64,000 nucleotides of DNA, taken from the NCBI GenBank assembly GCA_965261935.1, contig OZ253485.1:1139005-1203004 (forward strand), in the 5' to 3' direction. Below the pieces are notes generated by a model. The model ran no database searches, was not told where the DNA came from, and worked only from the letters and a program-made list of their open reading frames with translations. The position numbers were made by a program, and so were the translations under genes. The stretch comes from Dehalococcoidia bacterium (GTDB lineage: Bacteria > Chloroflexota > Dehalococcoidia > Lucifugimonadales > G963668185). Shown here piece by piece: positions 20,101-32,176 of this stretch; the stretch's first letter is position 1; every line of letters starts with the position of its first letter.

Positions 20101-21129
20101 GCGGTTGATCACCCGACGGTACAGGTCATTCAGGTCGCTAGTCGCGAACCGGCCCCCGTCCAACTGAACCATGGGCCTGAGCTCCGGAGGCAGCACGGGT
20201 AGGATAGTCAGTACCATCCACTCAGGCTTGTTGCCGCTCTTGCGGAAGGCTTCCACAACACGCAGCGTCTTGATGGCCTTCTTGCGACGCTGTCCTGTGG
20301 TTGTCCTGATCTCCTCCTGAAGGCCGTCGCGGAACTTGTCCAAGTCTTTAGTCTTGAGGATGTCGATGACGGCTTCCGCGCCCATGCCAGCAGTGAACAC
20401 CTCTCCATGCCTCTCATTGAGTTCCCTAAAGCGGTTCTCAGTCAGCAGCTGACCCACCCGCAGGCTCTCCAGATCGGAGATTTCGTCCAAGACATCCTTT
20501 TCGAACCCGACACTGTCCTCCTCATAGCTGGACCTGACACTGGCGATCTTTCGCCGCGTCTCCTTCGAAAGTTCCGAGTCTATCTCTTCCTTTTCGAAGT
20601 CACCGCCCAACTCAGAGATTTTGGAACGCGCTTCTTCTTCAAGCTTCTTAAGTATCTTCTCCAGTTCTTCCTGCAGTTCCTCAACGGCCGCCAGTCTGAG
20701 CTCATCGTCTACGAAGGTGACAAGGTACTGCGCAAAATACAGCACACGTTCCAGGTTTCTGGGAGAGAGGTCAAGAAGGAGACCGAGCCTGCTAGGCATG
20801 CCTTTAGAGAACCAGATATGGGCCACCGGCGCGGCCAGTTGGATATGTCCCATTCGCTCGCGCCGAACCTTGGCACGAGCCACTTCAACGCCGCAACGGT
20901 CGCATATGACGCCCTTGTAACGGATCTTCTTGTACTTGCCACAGTAGCATTCCCAGTCCTTGGTGGGCCCAAAAATGCGCTCGCAGAAGAGGCCATCCTT
21001 CTCGGGCCTTAAGGTTCGGTAATTTATGGTCTCCGGCTTGGAGACTTCGCCGTAAGACCACATCTTGATCTGATCTGGAGATGCCAATCCGATCCGAACC
21101 GCGTTGAAGTCGTAGCCTTCTTGGACCAT
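17125..21129 (-). CDS. rpoC: DNA-directed RNA polymerase subunit beta-prime
   Basis: 1334 aa. Zn-finger [23 protein letters not shown], catalytic [12 protein letters not shown], and bridge-helix/trigger-loop regions. Confidence 0.97.
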   Translation of the reverse strand: MVQEGYDFNAVRIGLASPDQIKMWSYGEVSKPETINYRTLRPEKDGLFCERIFGPTKDWECYCGKYKKIRYKGVICDRCGVEVARAKVRRERMGHIQLAAPVAHIWFSKGMPSRLGLLLDLSPRNLERVLYFAQYLVTFVDDELRLAAVEELQEELEKILKKLEEEARSKISELGGDFEKEEIDSELSKETRRKIASVRSSYEEDSVGFEKDVLDEISDLESLRVGQLLTENRFRELNERHGEVFTAGMGAEAVIDILKTKDLDKFRDGLQEEIRTTTGQRRKKAIKTLRVVEAFRKSGNKPEWMVLTILPVLPPELRPMVQLDGGRFATSDLNDLYRRVINRNNRLKRLIELQAPEIIVRNEKRMLQEAVDALIDNGRRGRAVAGSHNHTLKSLSDLLRGKQGRFRQNLLGKRVDYSGRSVIIVGPDLKLHECGLPRRMALELFKPFVMNRLVIKGYAHNIKSAKRMAERVRPEVWDILEDVIKDRPVLLNRAPTLHRLGIQAFQPVLIEGSAIQVHPLVCSAFNADFDGDQMAVHVPLSREAVLEAKRLMLSVYNMLLPSSGEPSVTPTLDMALGCYYLTIIDPATDGVTRVFASPEDARLAYELGQIGLRTAIKVRNLASVNGMGTNGDATEFVESSVGRIIFNDVLPSEMGFRNEEIEKNVLKAITSECFRTFGHERTAEILDAIKDLGFHYACKSGITIAINDIEVAQEKKAILAEAESKVNQFQQQFLDGLITEDEKYRASVAAWTEANDSLTKKIEDNLRNYGGIYLMATSGAKGNVAQIKQMAGMRGLMSNPKGRIIDRPIKSSFREGLSVLEYFLSTHGARKGLADTALRTADSGYLTRRLIDVSQEITVVADDCGTLNGQWIPVDSEDSLLSSFDQRVKTRHLTATVVDPETGEILAEGGKTLSEETIRKVRESGVVGVSVRSPLTCEARRGVCCLCYGISLATLEPVIHGEAVGIIAAQSIGEPGTQLTMRTFHTGGIAGSDITSGLPRVEELFEARSPKGEAVLTEIDGAVEVNESAEGRTITVMSHEEYSDEYVLPPGHSLEVEDGEEVIIGTKLSGPEVGAEDSTDLQPVSDVHARVSGVVQVDDGMVTISWSDEEHREYGIPAASHIVVTANDTVKAGDALTEGPKNPQQILQIQGREAVQNYLIEEVQKVYRSQGVTIHDKHIEVIISQMLRKVRIDSPGDTNLLPGELVDRQQYEDINAAILAEGGEPATASPVLLGVTRASLSMESFLAAASFQETTRVLTESAVNGDVDYLRGLKENVIIGRLIPARFDLTEEGRKRLGVDELAAIEQPKPIGDFIRDAMSSFESSETMEELPAL

Positions 21130-21192
21130 CTATTGCGTCTCCTGTAACTTCACAAATGGATGGAATGCATTCGCCGCCATTTGCGGAGGCAC

Positions 21193-24100
21193 TTATCCTT
21201 CGTCGCTCGAACCATCTTCTGAGTCTGCCGACTCCGGGTTCACGGTACCGTTAGGTCCTAGAACCGGGGTGCCGTTCACAGCTGGCGTAGTGCTTTCTTG
21301 CACCTGGCCGTCGCTGTCAACTAGCTCCAGGGCCGGTAGGGCCCCAATCAACGATCCATCCTGGGCGAGATCATCTACGGGAGCTGCAGGCAGCATGTCG
21401 GGCTTCAACTCCTGGTGGAGCAACTCCACAGAGAGACCCAAGCTTTGCAACTCTTTCAAGAGTACGTGGAATGACTCAGGTACGCCCGGTTGGATGACGT
21501 CCTCTCCCTTAACTATCGATTCATAAGTCTTGACTCTACCGACGACGTCGTCCGATTTGACCGTAAGCATCTCCTGTAGATTGTGTGCGGCGCTGTAGGC
21601 TTCCAGTGCCCAAACCTCCATTTCACCGAAACGCTGGCCACCGAACTGAGCCTTGCCCCCAAGTGGCTGTTGAGTGATGAGTGAGTAAGGACCGGTAGAA
21701 CGGGCGTGAATCTTGTCCTCTACAAGGTGAATCAACTTCATCATGTAGATGTAACCCACGGCAATCGGCTGGTCGAAAGGCTCTCCTGTTCGACCGTCGT
21801 ACAGGATCGACTTGCCCATGATTGGCGCTGCGATCTGCTCCTCGCGATTGAGGCGGAGTATCTCCTGAAACATGTCGTCAGGGGACATGTTGGAGGTGTC
21901 TTTGCCCATGTCTTCCCCGAGCCAGATCTCCATGCATGCTTCACGTGCCGGTTCAGGGCTGGCGTGTGAGAAGACTTTGTCAAAGTCGTAGCCGCGTTCG
22001 GACAACCACTGCCGCGCTACCGAAAAGTCTATCCGGGAGGCAAGATCATCGTCCAATGGCCTGGGGTCTACGGCGCCGGACCTGCTGATGATCCATGATT
22101 GAGCGAGCGAACCTTCAATCGCATTGTCAGGCGCACCGTCGAAGACGGGCGTAATGGCCCGGAACCCCATGGTATGCGCAGCCCAACCAAGATGCGTTTC
22201 CAACACTTGCCCGAGGTTCATACGGGATGGCACGCCAATCGGGTTGAGGATAATATCAACCGGGGTGCCGTCGGGGAGGAAGGGCATGTCTTCCTCAGGC
22301 AGTATTCTTGCAATCACACCCTTGTTGCCGTGGCGTCCGGCCATCTTATCGCCCTCGGCAATTTTGCGGGTCTGGGCTACCCAAACGCGGACCAGCCTGT
22401 TCACGCCGGGCGGCAATTCGTCATTGTTGGCGCGGCTAAGAGCCTTTACCTCAATGATCTTGCCGCGCTGTCCGTGAGGAACTCTTAGAGACGTATCTTT
22501 AACATCCCGGGCCTTTTCTCCGAATATCGCTCTGAGCAGTTTCTCTTCGGCGCTCAGCTCGGTTTCGCCCTTAGGGGTGATCTTCCCAACCAGGATGTCG
22601 GCCGGTCCGATCTCCGCGCCCACTCGTATGATCCCTTCCTCATCGAGATTGCGAAGGCTCTCTTCGCCGACGTTTGGGATATCTCGCGTAATTTCTTCGG
22701 GGCCTAGCTTCGTGTCCCGCGCTTCTACCTCGTGCCTCTCGATGTGAATCGAGGTGAACTTATCGTCTTTGACCATCCTGCGGCTCATGATGATCGCGTC
22801 TTCGAAGTTATAGCCCCCCCAACTCATGAACGCGACGAGCGTGTTCTGCCCAAGCGCGAGTTCGCCTTGTCCGGTGGACGAACTGTCGGCCATGATCTGG
22901 CCGACAGAAACGGCATCTCCCTTAGCAACTATGGGCCTCTGGTTGACGCACGTACCCTGGTTGCTGCGAAGGAACTTGCGTAGCGGGTATTCATCACGCT
23001 TGCCATCTGCATCCGTAACAACAATCATGTCTCCCGTGACGTTGGTCACGACGCCTTCGGTACGGGACATAATCACTTGTCCGCTGTCTCTGGCCACTCG
23101 GCCTTCCATGCCCGTGCCAACAAGAGGGGGCTCCGGACGCAATAGTGGAACCGCCTGCCGCTGCATGTTGGATCCCATGAGCGCCCGGTTCGCATCGTCG
23201 TTTTCAAGGAACGGTATGAGGGAAGTTGAAACGCTCACAAGCTGCATCGGAGACACGTCCATGAACCCCACTGCATCTGGAGCCTCCATGAACACAGACT
23301 CGCCCATACGGGTCTCAACCAAGTCCTGCGTGAACTGGCCAGCCTCATCCAGAGGGGCGTTGGCCTGCGCAATGTGATCGTGCTCCTCTTCGTCGGCGGA
23401 TAAGTAAACGATGTCTTCAGGATCACTTGATACAAACGGAATGACGTCGATCTTCCTCTCCGGCAAAGCGTTAATCTTTCTGAGAGTCCTACGCGTAATC
23501 CTGCTGCCGGGTCTGAGGACCGTCTTGTCGTTCTCGTCTGCTATCCGTTCGGCGACGACGTGTCCTTCGATGCTTGGACTGGAGCTGTTCATCTCAGTCG
23601 AAACCGGGCGGTAAGGCGTCTCGATAAAGCCAAACTCGTTGGTTCGTGCGTAGGTAGCCAAAGAGCCAAGCAGACCGATGTTAGGCCCTTCCGGCGTCTC
23701 AATGGGACAGATACGACCGTAGTGGGAGTGGTGGACGTCCCTTACGTCGAATCCGGCACGCTCCCTCGAAAGTCCGCCTGGGCCCAGAGCAGAGAGGCGA
23801 CGCTTGTGGGTAAGCTCAGCCAGCGGATTAGTCTGATCCATGAACTGCGAAAGCTGCGATCCACCAAAGAATTCTTTTACCGCGGCGACCACCGGCCTGA
23901 TGTTCACTAGGGCCGCAGGTGTTGTCGTGGCAGGATCAAGCTGGGTGGTCATGCGCTCCTTGATGACCCTTTCCATGCGCAGTAACCCAACTCGCACTTG
24001 GTTCTGTATCAGCTCGCCCACGGCACGGACACGCCGGTTGCCAAGATGGTCAATGTCATCCGGGCTTGCCTCGCGATTATTGATCCGGATCAACATGCGC

Positions 24101-25083
24101 AGCAAAGCGACGATATCGTCACTCTCCAACGTACGCTGCTCCGTCTTGCGTCCATTGAAGAGGCGCCGGTTCAGCTTGTATCTTCCAACTCGACCTAGAT
24201 CGTAGCGCCTGGGATTGAAGAAAAGGTTGTCCAGGAGATTCCTGGCGTTTTCTGGACTCGGCGGTTCGCCTGGGCGTAGCCGCCTGTAAAACTCGAGAAG
24301 TGCTTCATCCTGATCGGCCACCGTAGTGTCTTTCTCAATGGTGGTCCTCATGAACAGGTGCTCTGGGTTGGTGTCTACGTCTTCAAAGAGTTCATGTATC
24401 TCCATGTCCGTCGAGTACCCCAAGGCCCGGAGCAGCATGGTCACAGGAGTCTTGCGCTTGCGGTCCACTTTGACTGAGACCACATCGCGGTTGCTCGTCT
24501 CGAATTCCATCCACGCACCGCGGTACGGGATGAGCTTTGCAGATGTGAGCGGACGGCCGGTGGCCGGATCGGTATTGGTGGTGAAATACACGCCAGGGGA
24601 CCTTACCAACTGGCTAACCACGACCCGTTCCGCACCGTTGATGACGAAAGTTCCAGTGGACGTCATCATTGGAACGTCCCCAATAAACAACTCCTGTTCT
24701 TTGACTTCCCCTTGTCCCGGTCCCGGTGTCTTGAGTTTGAGTTGCACCGTTACGTACATGGGAGCGGAGAACGTTATCTCTCTGATCCGACACTCCTCTT
24801 CCGTGTGCTTGGGTTCGTCGAACCGGTGATCCAAGAAGCTGAGCTCAAAGCGCCCGCCCGGAAAGTCTTCAATAGGGGATATTTCACTGAACAACTCTCC
24901 AAGGCCTTTTGTCTTGAACCAGTTGAACGAGTCCAATTGAACCTGGATCAGGTTCGGGACATCCAGCACGGAGGTTATGGAAGCGTACGAGCGTGTACTT
25001 AGAGCACGACTTCCATTCGCAAAACTTGAGTTGCCGTTAGATACGTTGGTAGAGGTCATGCGTTGACTATTACTCCAAAGCAT
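21193..25083 (-). CDS. rpoB: DNA-directed RNA polymerase subunit beta
   Basis: 1296 aa. Conserved blocks ([48 protein letters not shown]). Acidic C-terminal tail. ATG 25059 is an alternative start. Confidence 0.97.
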   Translation of the reverse strand: MLWSNSQRMTSTNVSNGNSSFANGSRALSTRSYASITSVLDVPNLIQVQLDSFNWFKTKGLGELFSEISPIEDFPGGRFELSFLDHRFDEPKHTEEECRIREITFSAPMYVTVQLKLKTPGPGQGEVKEQELFIGDVPMMTSTGTFVINGAERVVVSQLVRSPGVYFTTNTDPATGRPLTSAKLIPYRGAWMEFETSNRDVVSVKVDRKRKTPVTMLLRALGYSTDMEIHELFEDVDTNPEHLFMRTTIEKDTTVADQDEALLEFYRRLRPGEPPSPENARNLLDNLFFNPRRYDLGRVGRYKLNRRLFNGRKTEQRTLESDDIVALLRMLIRINNREASPDDIDHLGNRRVRAVGELIQNQVRVGLLRMERVIKERMTTQLDPATTTPAALVNIRPVVAAVKEFFGGSQLSQFMDQTNPLAELTHKRRLSALGPGGLSRERAGFDVRDVHHSHYGRICPIETPEGPNIGLLGSLATYARTNEFGFIETPYRPVSTEMNSSSPSIEGHVVAERIADENDKTVLRPGSRITRRTLRKINALPERKIDVIPFVSSDPEDIVYLSADEEEHDHIAQANAPLDEAGQFTQDLVETRMGESVFMEAPDAVGFMDVSPMQLVSVSTSLIPFLENDDANRALMGSNMQRQAVPLLRPEPPLVGTGMEGRVARDSGQVIMSRTEGVVTNVTGDMIVVTDADGKRDEYPLRKFLRSNQGTCVNQRPIVAKGDAVSVGQIMADSSSTGQGELALGQNTLVAFMSWGGYNFEDAIIMSRRMVKDDKFTSIHIERHEVEARDTKLGPEEITRDIPNVGEESLRNLDEEGIIRVGAEIGPADILVGKITPKGETELSAEEKLLRAIFGEKARDVKDTSLRVPHGQRGKIIEVKALSRANNDELPPGVNRLVRVWVAQTRKIAEGDKMAGRHGNKGVIARILPEEDMPFLPDGTPVDIILNPIGVPSRMNLGQVLETHLGWAAHTMGFRAITPVFDGAPDNAIEGSLAQSWIISRSGAVDPRPLDDDLASRIDFSVARQWLSERGYDFDKVFSHASPEPAREACMEIWLGEDMGKDTSNMSPDDMFQEILRLNREEQIAAPIMGKSILYDGRTGEPFDQPIAVGYIYMMKLIHLVEDKIHARSTGPYSLITQQPLGGKAQFGGQRFGEMEVWALEAYSAAHNLQEMLTVKSDDVVGRVKTYESIVKGEDVIQPGVPESFHVLLKELQSLGLSVELLHQELKPDMLPAAPVDDLAQDGSLIGALPALELVDSDGQVQESTTPAVNGTPVLGPNGTVNPESADSEDGSSDEG

Positions 25084-25202
25084 AGAGAGAGTTGAAACCG
25101 TAACGAGGCGGCGTCTGGGGTGCCAGCGGGCGCACTACGGGTGGGACTGCTGCAGGTCAAGAAAGAGGTGCTTGTCCTAAGGACATAAATCGACGAATAA
25201 AC

Positions 25203-25231
25203 AAGCTAGCAAACTAGACAATGGATGTCAA
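25203..25231 (-). promoter_or_regulatory. Candidate sigma70-type promoter for rpoBC
   Basis: On the minus strand: TTGACA (25231-25226), 17-nt spacer, TAGCTT (25208-25203), about 120 nt upstream of the rpoB start. Confidence 0.4.
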
Positions 25232-25362
25232 GCGCTTTCAGGGACCAGCCCACCTGAGGAAGGGCCCACGAACTCTCGCTCAACCCATCAAGGCCGCATA
25301 CCGAGCCACGCATCTCAACAAGGCAAGCTACCTGTGAGCGAGCGGCCTCACTTGACTGATCT

Positions 25363-25788
25363 TCAAGGCCCGGAGGATGGCAGCACTCGGTACAGTAGGG
25401 TGACTGACTTACGCATCAAGCGTGAGTAAGAGTTGTCAAACTGCAAAATGTGCTCTCCGTCAGACTCCGCCTCGATTGATTGCATATCTATGTGTTTGAC
25501 ACGTTCCCAATTGCCCAGTTCTCGTCCCTCAGGATCCAGCAGGAGAATGCTGACGTCCCGGCTGGCTTCAACTCTGAATTCAAGTGTGGCGCCAGATTCA
25601 ACTTCTATGCCATGTCTGTACATCTCTCCCGCTCGTACTTCAATAGATTCGCGTCCGTACGGGGGCGAGCCGGGCTCTGGCTGGGTCGGGGACAAATCAT
25701 CGCAGCCAGCAATCGATAGGAGAAACAGAGCCATCACCATCACAAGGAACGTAACTTGACGGGTGGGTCTCGCAGGACTCCTCGTCAT
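25363..25788 (-). CDS. Small lipoprotein with a GOLD/emp24-like beta-sandwich signature, function unknown
   Basis: ORF 25363..25854. ATG 25788 lies 4 nt after the upstream stop and gives lipobox LSIAGC. C-terminal pattern GEHILQFDNSYSRLMRKSVTLLYRV. Confidence 0.55.
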   Translation of the reverse strand: MTRSPARPTRQVTFLVMVMALFLLSIAGCDDLSPTQPEPGSPPYGRESIEVRAGEMYRHGIEVESGATLEFRVEASRDVSILLLDPEGRELGNWERVKHIDMQSIEAESDGEHILQFDNSYSRLMRKSVTLLYRVLPSSGP

Positions 25789-25792
25789 TCCG

Positions 25793-27004
25793 TCAATCCA
25801 CGATGGCTTGGTTGACAAGTACTCTAAACTCGTTTCGGATCGGGTAAAAGTCATTCGGCATGAACTGCGTCATAAGGATCCCGATCAACTCCTCCTGGGG
25901 ATCGATCCAGAACATCGTGCTAGCCGCGCCTCCCCAGGCGTACTCACCAACCGAACCCAACACACCGGCAGCCCTCAGGTCGGTCAGTACTCTGAATCCG
26001 AGCCCGAACCCATACCCGTCCATTGTGAAAGTGCCCATCCGCATTGGGATCAAACTCTCGTGTAAATGATCGATAGTCATCATATCGATCGTCCTTGGGC
26101 TGAGAAGCCTGGCTCCGTCCAGTTCGCCGCCCCTCTGTAACATCCGGCAGAACCTCATGTAATCGCCCGCAGTCGACACTAACCCTCCCCCACCGGAGAA
26201 CAGTGTGCATGGCCGAGTCAACCTGCCAAGCACGGGCGATACCATCGGCTCGATCGACCCGTCCTTCCCAGGACCATACAGTTGAGCAAACCGGTCGATC
26301 TGATCTTCGCGAACGTGGAATCCAGAGTCGCCCATGCCCAAGGGCTCGAACACACGGCGAGCCAGGAATCGGTCAATGCCCTCGCCCGAAACAACCTCGA
26401 CCAAGTAGCCCAGCACATCCGTAGCGACGCTGTATCTCCACACACTCCCAGGCTCATGAGCCAATGGCAACTCTGACAACTTGCCAACCATTTCTTTGAG
26501 CGTGCTCGCTGAATCCAAGACATTAGCGCTCTGGTACATTCTGTCTACAGAGGACGCTGGATCAAATCCGTACGACAGGCCCGCAGTGTGCGTAAGCAAC
26601 TGCCGTACCGTAATCGGATTGGACTGACCCACTACAGTCGGCCCGTGCGCGTTCTCTCCTGTGCACACCTTCAGGCCGTCCAATTCCGGGATGAAGGCGG
26701 AAACGGGATCGTCTAACTGGAAGCATCCCTCCTCGTAGAGCATCATTACCGCCACGCTAGTTATGGGCTTGGTCATCGAGTAGATGCGAAGCAGCGTGTC
26801 ATGCTCCATCGGCAGGCCGTTCTCACGGTCCCGGCGCCCAAACACCTGCGAGTAGCAAACCTTGTCTTTGCGGGCAATCATCGCTTGAACGCCCGATAGC
26901 TTCCCTTCGTCTACGTATGTTTGGGCCCACTTGCTCACCCTCTGCAAGCGCTCGGTAGACATTCCCACGTTCTCAGGACTTGCCATGCCTTCCCCCAAGT
27001 TCAT
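25793..27004 (-). CDS. Serine hydrolase of the beta-lactamase / class C esterase family
   Basis: S-x-x-K motif SMTKPITS and a downstream Tyr motif region; 403 aa. Confidence 0.8.
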   Translation of the reverse strand: MNLGEGMASPENVGMSTERLQRVSKWAQTYVDEGKLSGVQAMIARKDKVCYSQVFGRRDRENGLPMEHDTLLRIYSMTKPITSVAVMMLYEEGCFQLDDPVSAFIPELDGLKVCTGENAHGPTVVGQSNPITVRQLLTHTAGLSYGFDPASSVDRMYQSANVLDSASTLKEMVGKLSELPLAHEPGSVWRYSVATDVLGYLVEVVSGEGIDRFLARRVFEPLGMGDSGFHVREDQIDRFAQLYGPGKDGSIEPMVSPVLGRLTRPCTLFSGGGGLVSTAGDYMRFCRMLQRGGELDGARLLSPRTIDMMTIDHLHESLIPMRMGTFTMDGYGFGLGFRVLTDLRAAGVLGSVGEYAWGGAASTMFWIDPQEELIGILMTQFMPNDFYPIRNEFRVLVNQAIVD

Positions 27005-27095
27005 ATTTGTGAGACGATTCTAGTGCGTTCGCTGTTCCTGAGAAACCGTTTCAATCCGCTGCGCTCCGACAAAACCAGACTCTTCTCGCAACCAT

Positions 27096-27809
27096 GTGAT
27101 GACCAATCTACCCAAGGCTCGAATCGCCGTCACGGATGGCGATGAGGATAGTGACTGGATCAAGCCCTACATGGCCGCCGTTCTCCGTTACGGTGGAGAA
27201 CCGATACTTGTGCGGCCAGACGGCTTGGCTTCGCACGCTGGTCGGATAAAGGACGTGACCGGACTGATGCTCACCGGCGGCGAGGACGTGGCTCCTTCCC
27301 GCTACGGTGATGACGTAGACCCGAGCGCAGGCGTTCACGTAAACCTCGAACGGGACGCGATGGAGCTCGAGCTCTTGCGGGAAGCCTTGGATCGAGACAT
27401 GCCCGTGCTGGCCATATGCCGCGGAATGCAGCTTCTCAATGTCTGCATGGGAGGCAAGCTGATCCAGCATCTTGACGGTCATAGAGGTCCGGACCTTAAG
27501 ACTCAGCCATCCTCTTTCCACCGCATATACATTGCCCCAGGCAGCAAGCTAGCAGCCGTAGTGGGATCCGGGGGAACCGTTCGAGTGAACAGCATCCACC
27601 ACCAGGGCGCCCGCGATTCTCAGCGTGCTCCAGGCCTCCTGGCGTCTGCTTACGCCTTGGACGACGGCATCATCGAGGGCATGGAAAGTCCGGACCATCG
27701 ATGGACGATTGGAGTCCAGTTTCATCCCGAGCGGCGGGAAGAGACGCCGCCCCATTTCGACCGACTGTTCGAAGCACTGGTTGACCGCGCGTCAGAGCAC
27801 ACCGAATAG
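27096..27809 (+). CDS. Class I glutamine amidotransferase-like gamma-glutamyl hydrolase (peptidase C26, PuuD-like)
   Basis: Nucleophile elbow LAICRGMQLLN, then SIHHQG and GVQFHPER motifs. Confidence 0.75.
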   Translation: MMTNLPKARIAVTDGDEDSDWIKPYMAAVLRYGGEPILVRPDGLASHAGRIKDVTGLMLTGGEDVAPSRYGDDVDPSAGVHVNLERDAMELELLREALDRDMPVLAICRGMQLLNVCMGGKLIQHLDGHRGPDLKTQPSSFHRIYIAPGSKLAAVVGSGGTVRVNSIHHQGARDSQRAPGLLASAYALDDGIIEGMESPDHRWTIGVQFHPERREETPPHFDRLFEALVDRASEHTE

Positions 27810-27832
27810 CCATTGCACCGGTTCTGTATCTT

Positions 27833-27859
27833 GGCAGGTGAGATACGAATTCACCTGCC
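27833..27859 (+). terminator. 9-bp perfect hairpin 24 nt after the C26 hydrolase stop; candidate terminator
   Basis: GGCAGGTGA-gatacgaat-TCACCTGCC. The following sequence is only moderately T-rich. Confidence 0.35.
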
Positions 27860-28042
27860 GTGAACTTATCTAAGAAAGCTCCAACTTCAGCTTTGGTACA
27901 GGTATGAGCGTGGTACAATAGGGAGCGTGTTCCGGCTGGGGAGAGCGGGTAGTGAGAAGGTTCCCGAGCCGAACGGCCCGCGTGTTAGATCACCTCTGCG
28001 GCAACCCAAGCTCGACGGGGGTTCGCCTCCAAGGAGTCGTCG

Positions 28043-30568
28043 ATGGTTTCGTCACCGCCAGAACGTACGGAGCATGGCTTCATAAGACCTCTGCTCATCG
28101 AAGACGAAATGCGTACGTCCTACATGGACTACGCGATGAGCGTGATCGTTTCACGTGCGCTGCCGGACGTCCGCGATGGTCTGAAGCCGGTGCAGCGCCG
28201 GATCCTGTACGCGATGAACGACCTTGGCATGCGCTCGAACACGGCTCACAAGAAAAGCGCCAGGCTCGTTGGGGAAGTGCTGGGCAAGTACCACCCTCAC
28301 GGTGACAGCCCGGTGTACGAGGCGATGGTGCGTATGGCGCAGCCGTTCTCGATGCGCCTTCCACTAGTAGACGGCCAAGGTAACTTCGGCAGCGTAGATA
28401 ACGACCCGCCGGCCGCAATGCGATACACGGAGGCCCGCCTCAGCCGCGTGGCCCATGAGATGCTCGCCAACCTCGAACAGGAAACGGTTGACTTCAAGGA
28501 CAACTTCGACGGTTCCATACAAGAGCCAACGGTACTTCCGGCCAGACTTCCCAACCTGCTGGTCAATGGAGGATCCGGAATCGCCGTGGGAATGGCCACC
28601 AACATCCCGCCCCACAACCCCGGCGAGATCTGTAACGCAATCATCCGGCTAGTCGACGATCCAGACCTCACCACGCAGGCCCTGATGCGTTCGGTTAAGG
28701 CCCCTGACTTTCCCACTGGCGGCACAATAATGGGCCTCGACTCGGTGAGGGAAGCGTTCGAAACAGGGCAGGGGCACATCACATTACGGGGAAAGACGCA
28801 CGTTGAAGATGCCTCACGTGGAAATCGCTCGCGAATCATCATTGACGAACTCCCCTACCAGGTAAACAAGGCCGCGCTCGTAGAAAAGATCGCCGGCCTT
28901 GCCAAGACACGCAGACTGGAGGGCATTTCAGACATCCGCGATGAGTCTGACCGAGACGGAATGCGGGTTGTCATAGAGCTACGTTCCGGCGCGCAACCTC
29001 GCGTGGTGCTGAACAACCTTCACAAGTTGACGCCAATGCAGACGACGTTCGCAGTGAACATGGTGGCGCTTGTGAATGGCATGCCGCAGGTGCTCGATCT
29101 CAGGAGTGCAATCAACCACTTCATAGACTTTCGTAAGGATGTCATTACGCGCCGCTCCGAGTTCGAGCTGCGCAAGGCCAGGGAGAGGGCGCATATCCTT
29201 GAAGGCCTCAGGATCGCCCTAGAGTTTCTAGACGAAGTCATCCAGTTGATCCGCAATTCGGAGAACGTCGACTCTGCAAGGCAGGGCCTAATCGCGAACT
29301 TCGACCTAGACGCCCTGCAGGCGCAGGCGATCCTCGATATGCAGCTTCGCCGCATTTCGGCCCTGGAAAGAGAGAAGTTAGAGGACGAGTACCAAGAGCT
29401 CCAGAAGACCATAGGGCAGTTGGAGGAGCTGCTCGCCAGCCCGCAACTTGTACTGGCGGAAATCAAGAGTGAAACGGAAGAACTCAAGAAGAAAGTCAGG
29501 GATAAGCGCCGCACGGACATCAGCTTTGAGGACCGCGACCTCAGCCGCGAGGACTATGAACCTCACGAGCAGATCGTAGTGACGCTGAGCCGTGGAGGTT
29601 ACGTAAAGCGCATTCTTGCCAACACGTATCGGAACCAGCACCGTGGGGGCAAGGGCGTTCTCAGCATGGTTACTCGAGAGGACGACCCAGTCGACCATAT
29701 CCTTGTCCTGGATACGCACGACACGCTCCTGTTCTTCACCAACAAAGGGAGGGTCTTACCCCTCAAGGGATACGAACTGCGGCCAGACGCATCGCGGAAC
29801 ACGAGAGGCGTTCCCGTAGTTAATGTGATCCCGCTGCAGGCGGGCGAGCAAGTCAAAGCGCTCATATCTGTCGAGACTCTCGAACAGGAAGACAGATTCC
29901 TGTTGATGGCTACCAGGAAAGGGCAAATCAAGCGCCTGCCCCTCAAGGCTATAGCCAGCGTGAGGCGCGCTGGCATTATCGTGATGAAGCTGGGAGAAGG
30001 AGACGACCTGGTGTCCGCCAACGTGGGCAACGCAGATGACGACGTAGTTATGGTCTCCCGGGCCGGCAAGTCCATCATCTTCGCGGCAAACGAGGTAACA
30101 CCTCATCAGCGTGGCGCAGGTGGTGTCAAGGGGATGACGCTTCCGGACAAGAACGACAGGGTCGTAGCCATGGACATTGTTGTTCCCGAAGGTCGTCTCC
30201 TGGTAGTTAGCCGGAACGGCTACGGGAAAATGACGCAGCTCAAGTTCTACCCACGACACCGAAGGGGCGGGATGGGAGTCAAGACATTTGAAGTTACACG
30301 CAAAACTGGTCCCATTGCGGCCGCCCAGATAGTGGACGCCGCGAGAGAGGTCTACGTCATTTCCCGCAAAGCCCAGGTGCTCCGCACAAACATGTCGGAG
30401 ATTTCCAACATCGGCAGGGCAACGCAAGGCGTCCGCGTGTTTAAGTTGGAACAGGGAGACAGCGTATCGTCCATCACGGCCGTTAACCTCGGGATCCAAG
30501 AGAGTATTAAGGAGGCGGCAACGCCGGACGCGACTGGCGACCGCAACGGCCGTTCACCTAACCGGTAA
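28043..30568 (+). CDS. gyrA: DNA gyrase subunit A
   Basis: [55 protein letters not shown], and C-terminal beta-pinwheel repeats. Confidence 0.95.
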   Translation: MVSSPPERTEHGFIRPLLIEDEMRTSYMDYAMSVIVSRALPDVRDGLKPVQRRILYAMNDLGMRSNTAHKKSARLVGEVLGKYHPHGDSPVYEAMVRMAQPFSMRLPLVDGQGNFGSVDNDPPAAMRYTEARLSRVAHEMLANLEQETVDFKDNFDGSIQEPTVLPARLPNLLVNGGSGIAVGMATNIPPHNPGEICNAIIRLVDDPDLTTQALMRSVKAPDFPTGGTIMGLDSVREAFETGQGHITLRGKTHVEDASRGNRSRIIIDELPYQVNKAALVEKIAGLAKTRRLEGISDIRDESDRDGMRVVIELRSGAQPRVVLNNLHKLTPMQTTFAVNMVALVNGMPQVLDLRSAINHFIDFRKDVITRRSEFELRKARERAHILEGLRIALEFLDEVIQLIRNSENVDSARQGLIANFDLDALQAQAILDMQLRRISALEREKLEDEYQELQKTIGQLEELLASPQLVLAEIKSETEELKKKVRDKRRTDISFEDRDLSREDYEPHEQIVVTLSRGGYVKRILANTYRNQHRGGKGVLSMVTREDDPVDHILVLDTHDTLLFFTNKGRVLPLKGYELRPDASRNTRGVPVVNVIPLQAGEQVKALISVETLEQEDRFLLMATRKGQIKRLPLKAIASVRRAGIIVMKLGEGDDLVSANVGNADDDVVMVSRAGKSIIFAANEVTPHQRGAGGVKGMTLPDKNDRVVAMDIVVPEGRLLVVSRNGYGKMTQLKFYPRHRRGGMGVKTFEVTRKTGPIAAAQIVDAAREVYVISRKAQVLRTNMSEISNIGRATQGVRVFKLEQGDSVSSITAVNLGIQESIKEAATPDATGDRNGRSPNR

Positions 30569-30692
30569 GGCGCTCAGGCCCAACGCGCACATATCTAGCC
30601 CGGAATGGCCAGTCTAGCGCCGCTTCATCAAAGATGCGCGCGCGCGCCTCGGATCCTGATTTAGAACGTAGTATGAGCCATCTGAGGTTGCG

Positions 30693-32120
30693 GTGAGTTT
30701 AGACGGGTCGGCGGGGACTCGTTCGTCCTCAAACTCCTTGATACCCAAGCTCCTTCTTGTAGCGCTTGCGCTACTATTCTCGTTCTCAGCCATGACAGCG
30801 GCCTGCAGCGACGGTATTTCCGACCCGTCGGCCTCACCGCAGGCCACCACCACAACTGCTGACGGCGAAATCGCTTTAGCGCCGAATTACACGGCCACAG
30901 CGGTTCCCATCTCGACTTCGGCGCCAACCGTATCGCCGACCGCTTCGGTCACTCCCATAAAGGTAGAGTCGGCTTCCGAGGTCGAACGGCTGTCGGACGC
31001 CGCATGGGACTGGCTCGTGGACCTGACCGAGAACCTAAGTCCGCGAGCCAGCGGGACGGAGGAGGAGGCCTTAGCGGCAGATCACCTAGAGGGCATCTTC
31101 CAATCGATGGGATACCAAACTACTGTTCAGCCGTTCACATTCCACACCGTCAGGTCGACCGCCGGCTCTTTGGGTAAAGACGCGAAGCAGTTTCGGGCGT
31201 TACCAATGGAGTTCAGCGCCCGAGGCGAGGTCGAGGGAGAGTTGGTGTACGTGGGCCTGGCTCAGGAAGGAGACATTCCTGAACTGGGACTTGCCGGAAA
31301 GGTCGCCCTGATAGAGCGCGGCATCACTACATTCAAGGAGAAGGTCAACGGAGTTGCGGCTGCCGGCGCCGTCGGGGCCGTCGTCTACAACAATTCGGCT
31401 GGCTTCTTCCGAGGCTCGCTTGGCACCGACAGCGCGATTCCCGTTGTTTCGGTATCGGGGGATGATTCCCACGAACTTCTCATGCTGGCCGCAGATCCGA
31501 GCATCACTTTCTCGCTCTCAATCTTGGACCTTGACTCACCGTCCCAGAACATCATTGCCGAGAAACCAGGTAGCGGCAACGGCGTCGTTGTGCTGGGGGC
31601 CCACTACGACACTGTTCCGAATTCGCCCGGCGCCAACGACAATGGCTCCGGCGTGGCAACGCTGCTCACAATTGCAGACGAGCTGGCCGACAAGACGCTT
31701 CCATACACGATGAGATTCCTACTGTTCGGGGCTGAAGAAGAAGGGCTCCACGGCAGCATCCATTATGTTCAGAACACCCCTGAGGAAGAGTTGGACCGGT
31801 TAATTGCCATGTTGAACTTCGACGCACTGGGTTCAGGTCCGGAAGCCGCGGTATTCGGAAGTGCCGAACTTGCTCAGACCATTAGTGCATACGGAGATGC
31901 GCATGGGATCAATGTCGGTCGCAGACTTAGCCTGGGGCCCTTCTCCAGCGACCATGCTCCGTTTGCCGACGCCGGTGTACCAGCGTTGTTCTTCATGGCT
32001 GACGACTTCTCACGAATCAACTCACCTGACGACCACATCGAGTTCGTCGAACCGATTCGAATGGGGGAAGCAGCCGCGCTGGCCTTGGGCGCCCTGAATG
32101 ACTTGGCCACCGGACGATGA
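30693..32120 (+). CDS. M28-family aminopeptidase lipoprotein with a PA domain
   Basis: Lipobox MTAAC. Metal-site motifs GAHYDTV, GANDNGSGVATLL and FGAEEEGLHGS. GTG start. Confidence 0.75.
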   Translation: MSLDGSAGTRSSSNSLIPKLLLVALALLFSFSAMTAACSDGISDPSASPQATTTTADGEIALAPNYTATAVPISTSAPTVSPTASVTPIKVESASEVERLSDAAWDWLVDLTENLSPRASGTEEEALAADHLEGIFQSMGYQTTVQPFTFHTVRSTAGSLGKDAKQFRALPMEFSARGEVEGELVYVGLAQEGDIPELGLAGKVALIERGITTFKEKVNGVAAAGAVGAVVYNNSAGFFRGSLGTDSAIPVVSVSGDDSHELLMLAADPSITFSLSILDLDSPSQNIIAEKPGSGNGVVVLGAHYDTVPNSPGANDNGSGVATLLTIADELADKTLPYTMRFLLFGAEEEGLHGSIHYVQNTPEEELDRLIAMLNFDALGSGPEAAVFGSAELAQTISAYGDAHGINVGRRLSLGPFSSDHAPFADAGVPALFFMADDFSRINSPDDHIEFVEPIRMGEAAALALGALNDLATGR

Positions 32121-32176
32121 GCGCCGCCCGGCCATCCCAGTGGACGAGGCGAAGACCAAGCCTGTAGGCTGAGTGC

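Noticed and set aside
17698-24829. Numerous 60-200-aa ORFs within rpoC and rpoB on the plus strand
   Set aside because: All are antisense to, or out of frame with, two universally conserved genes.
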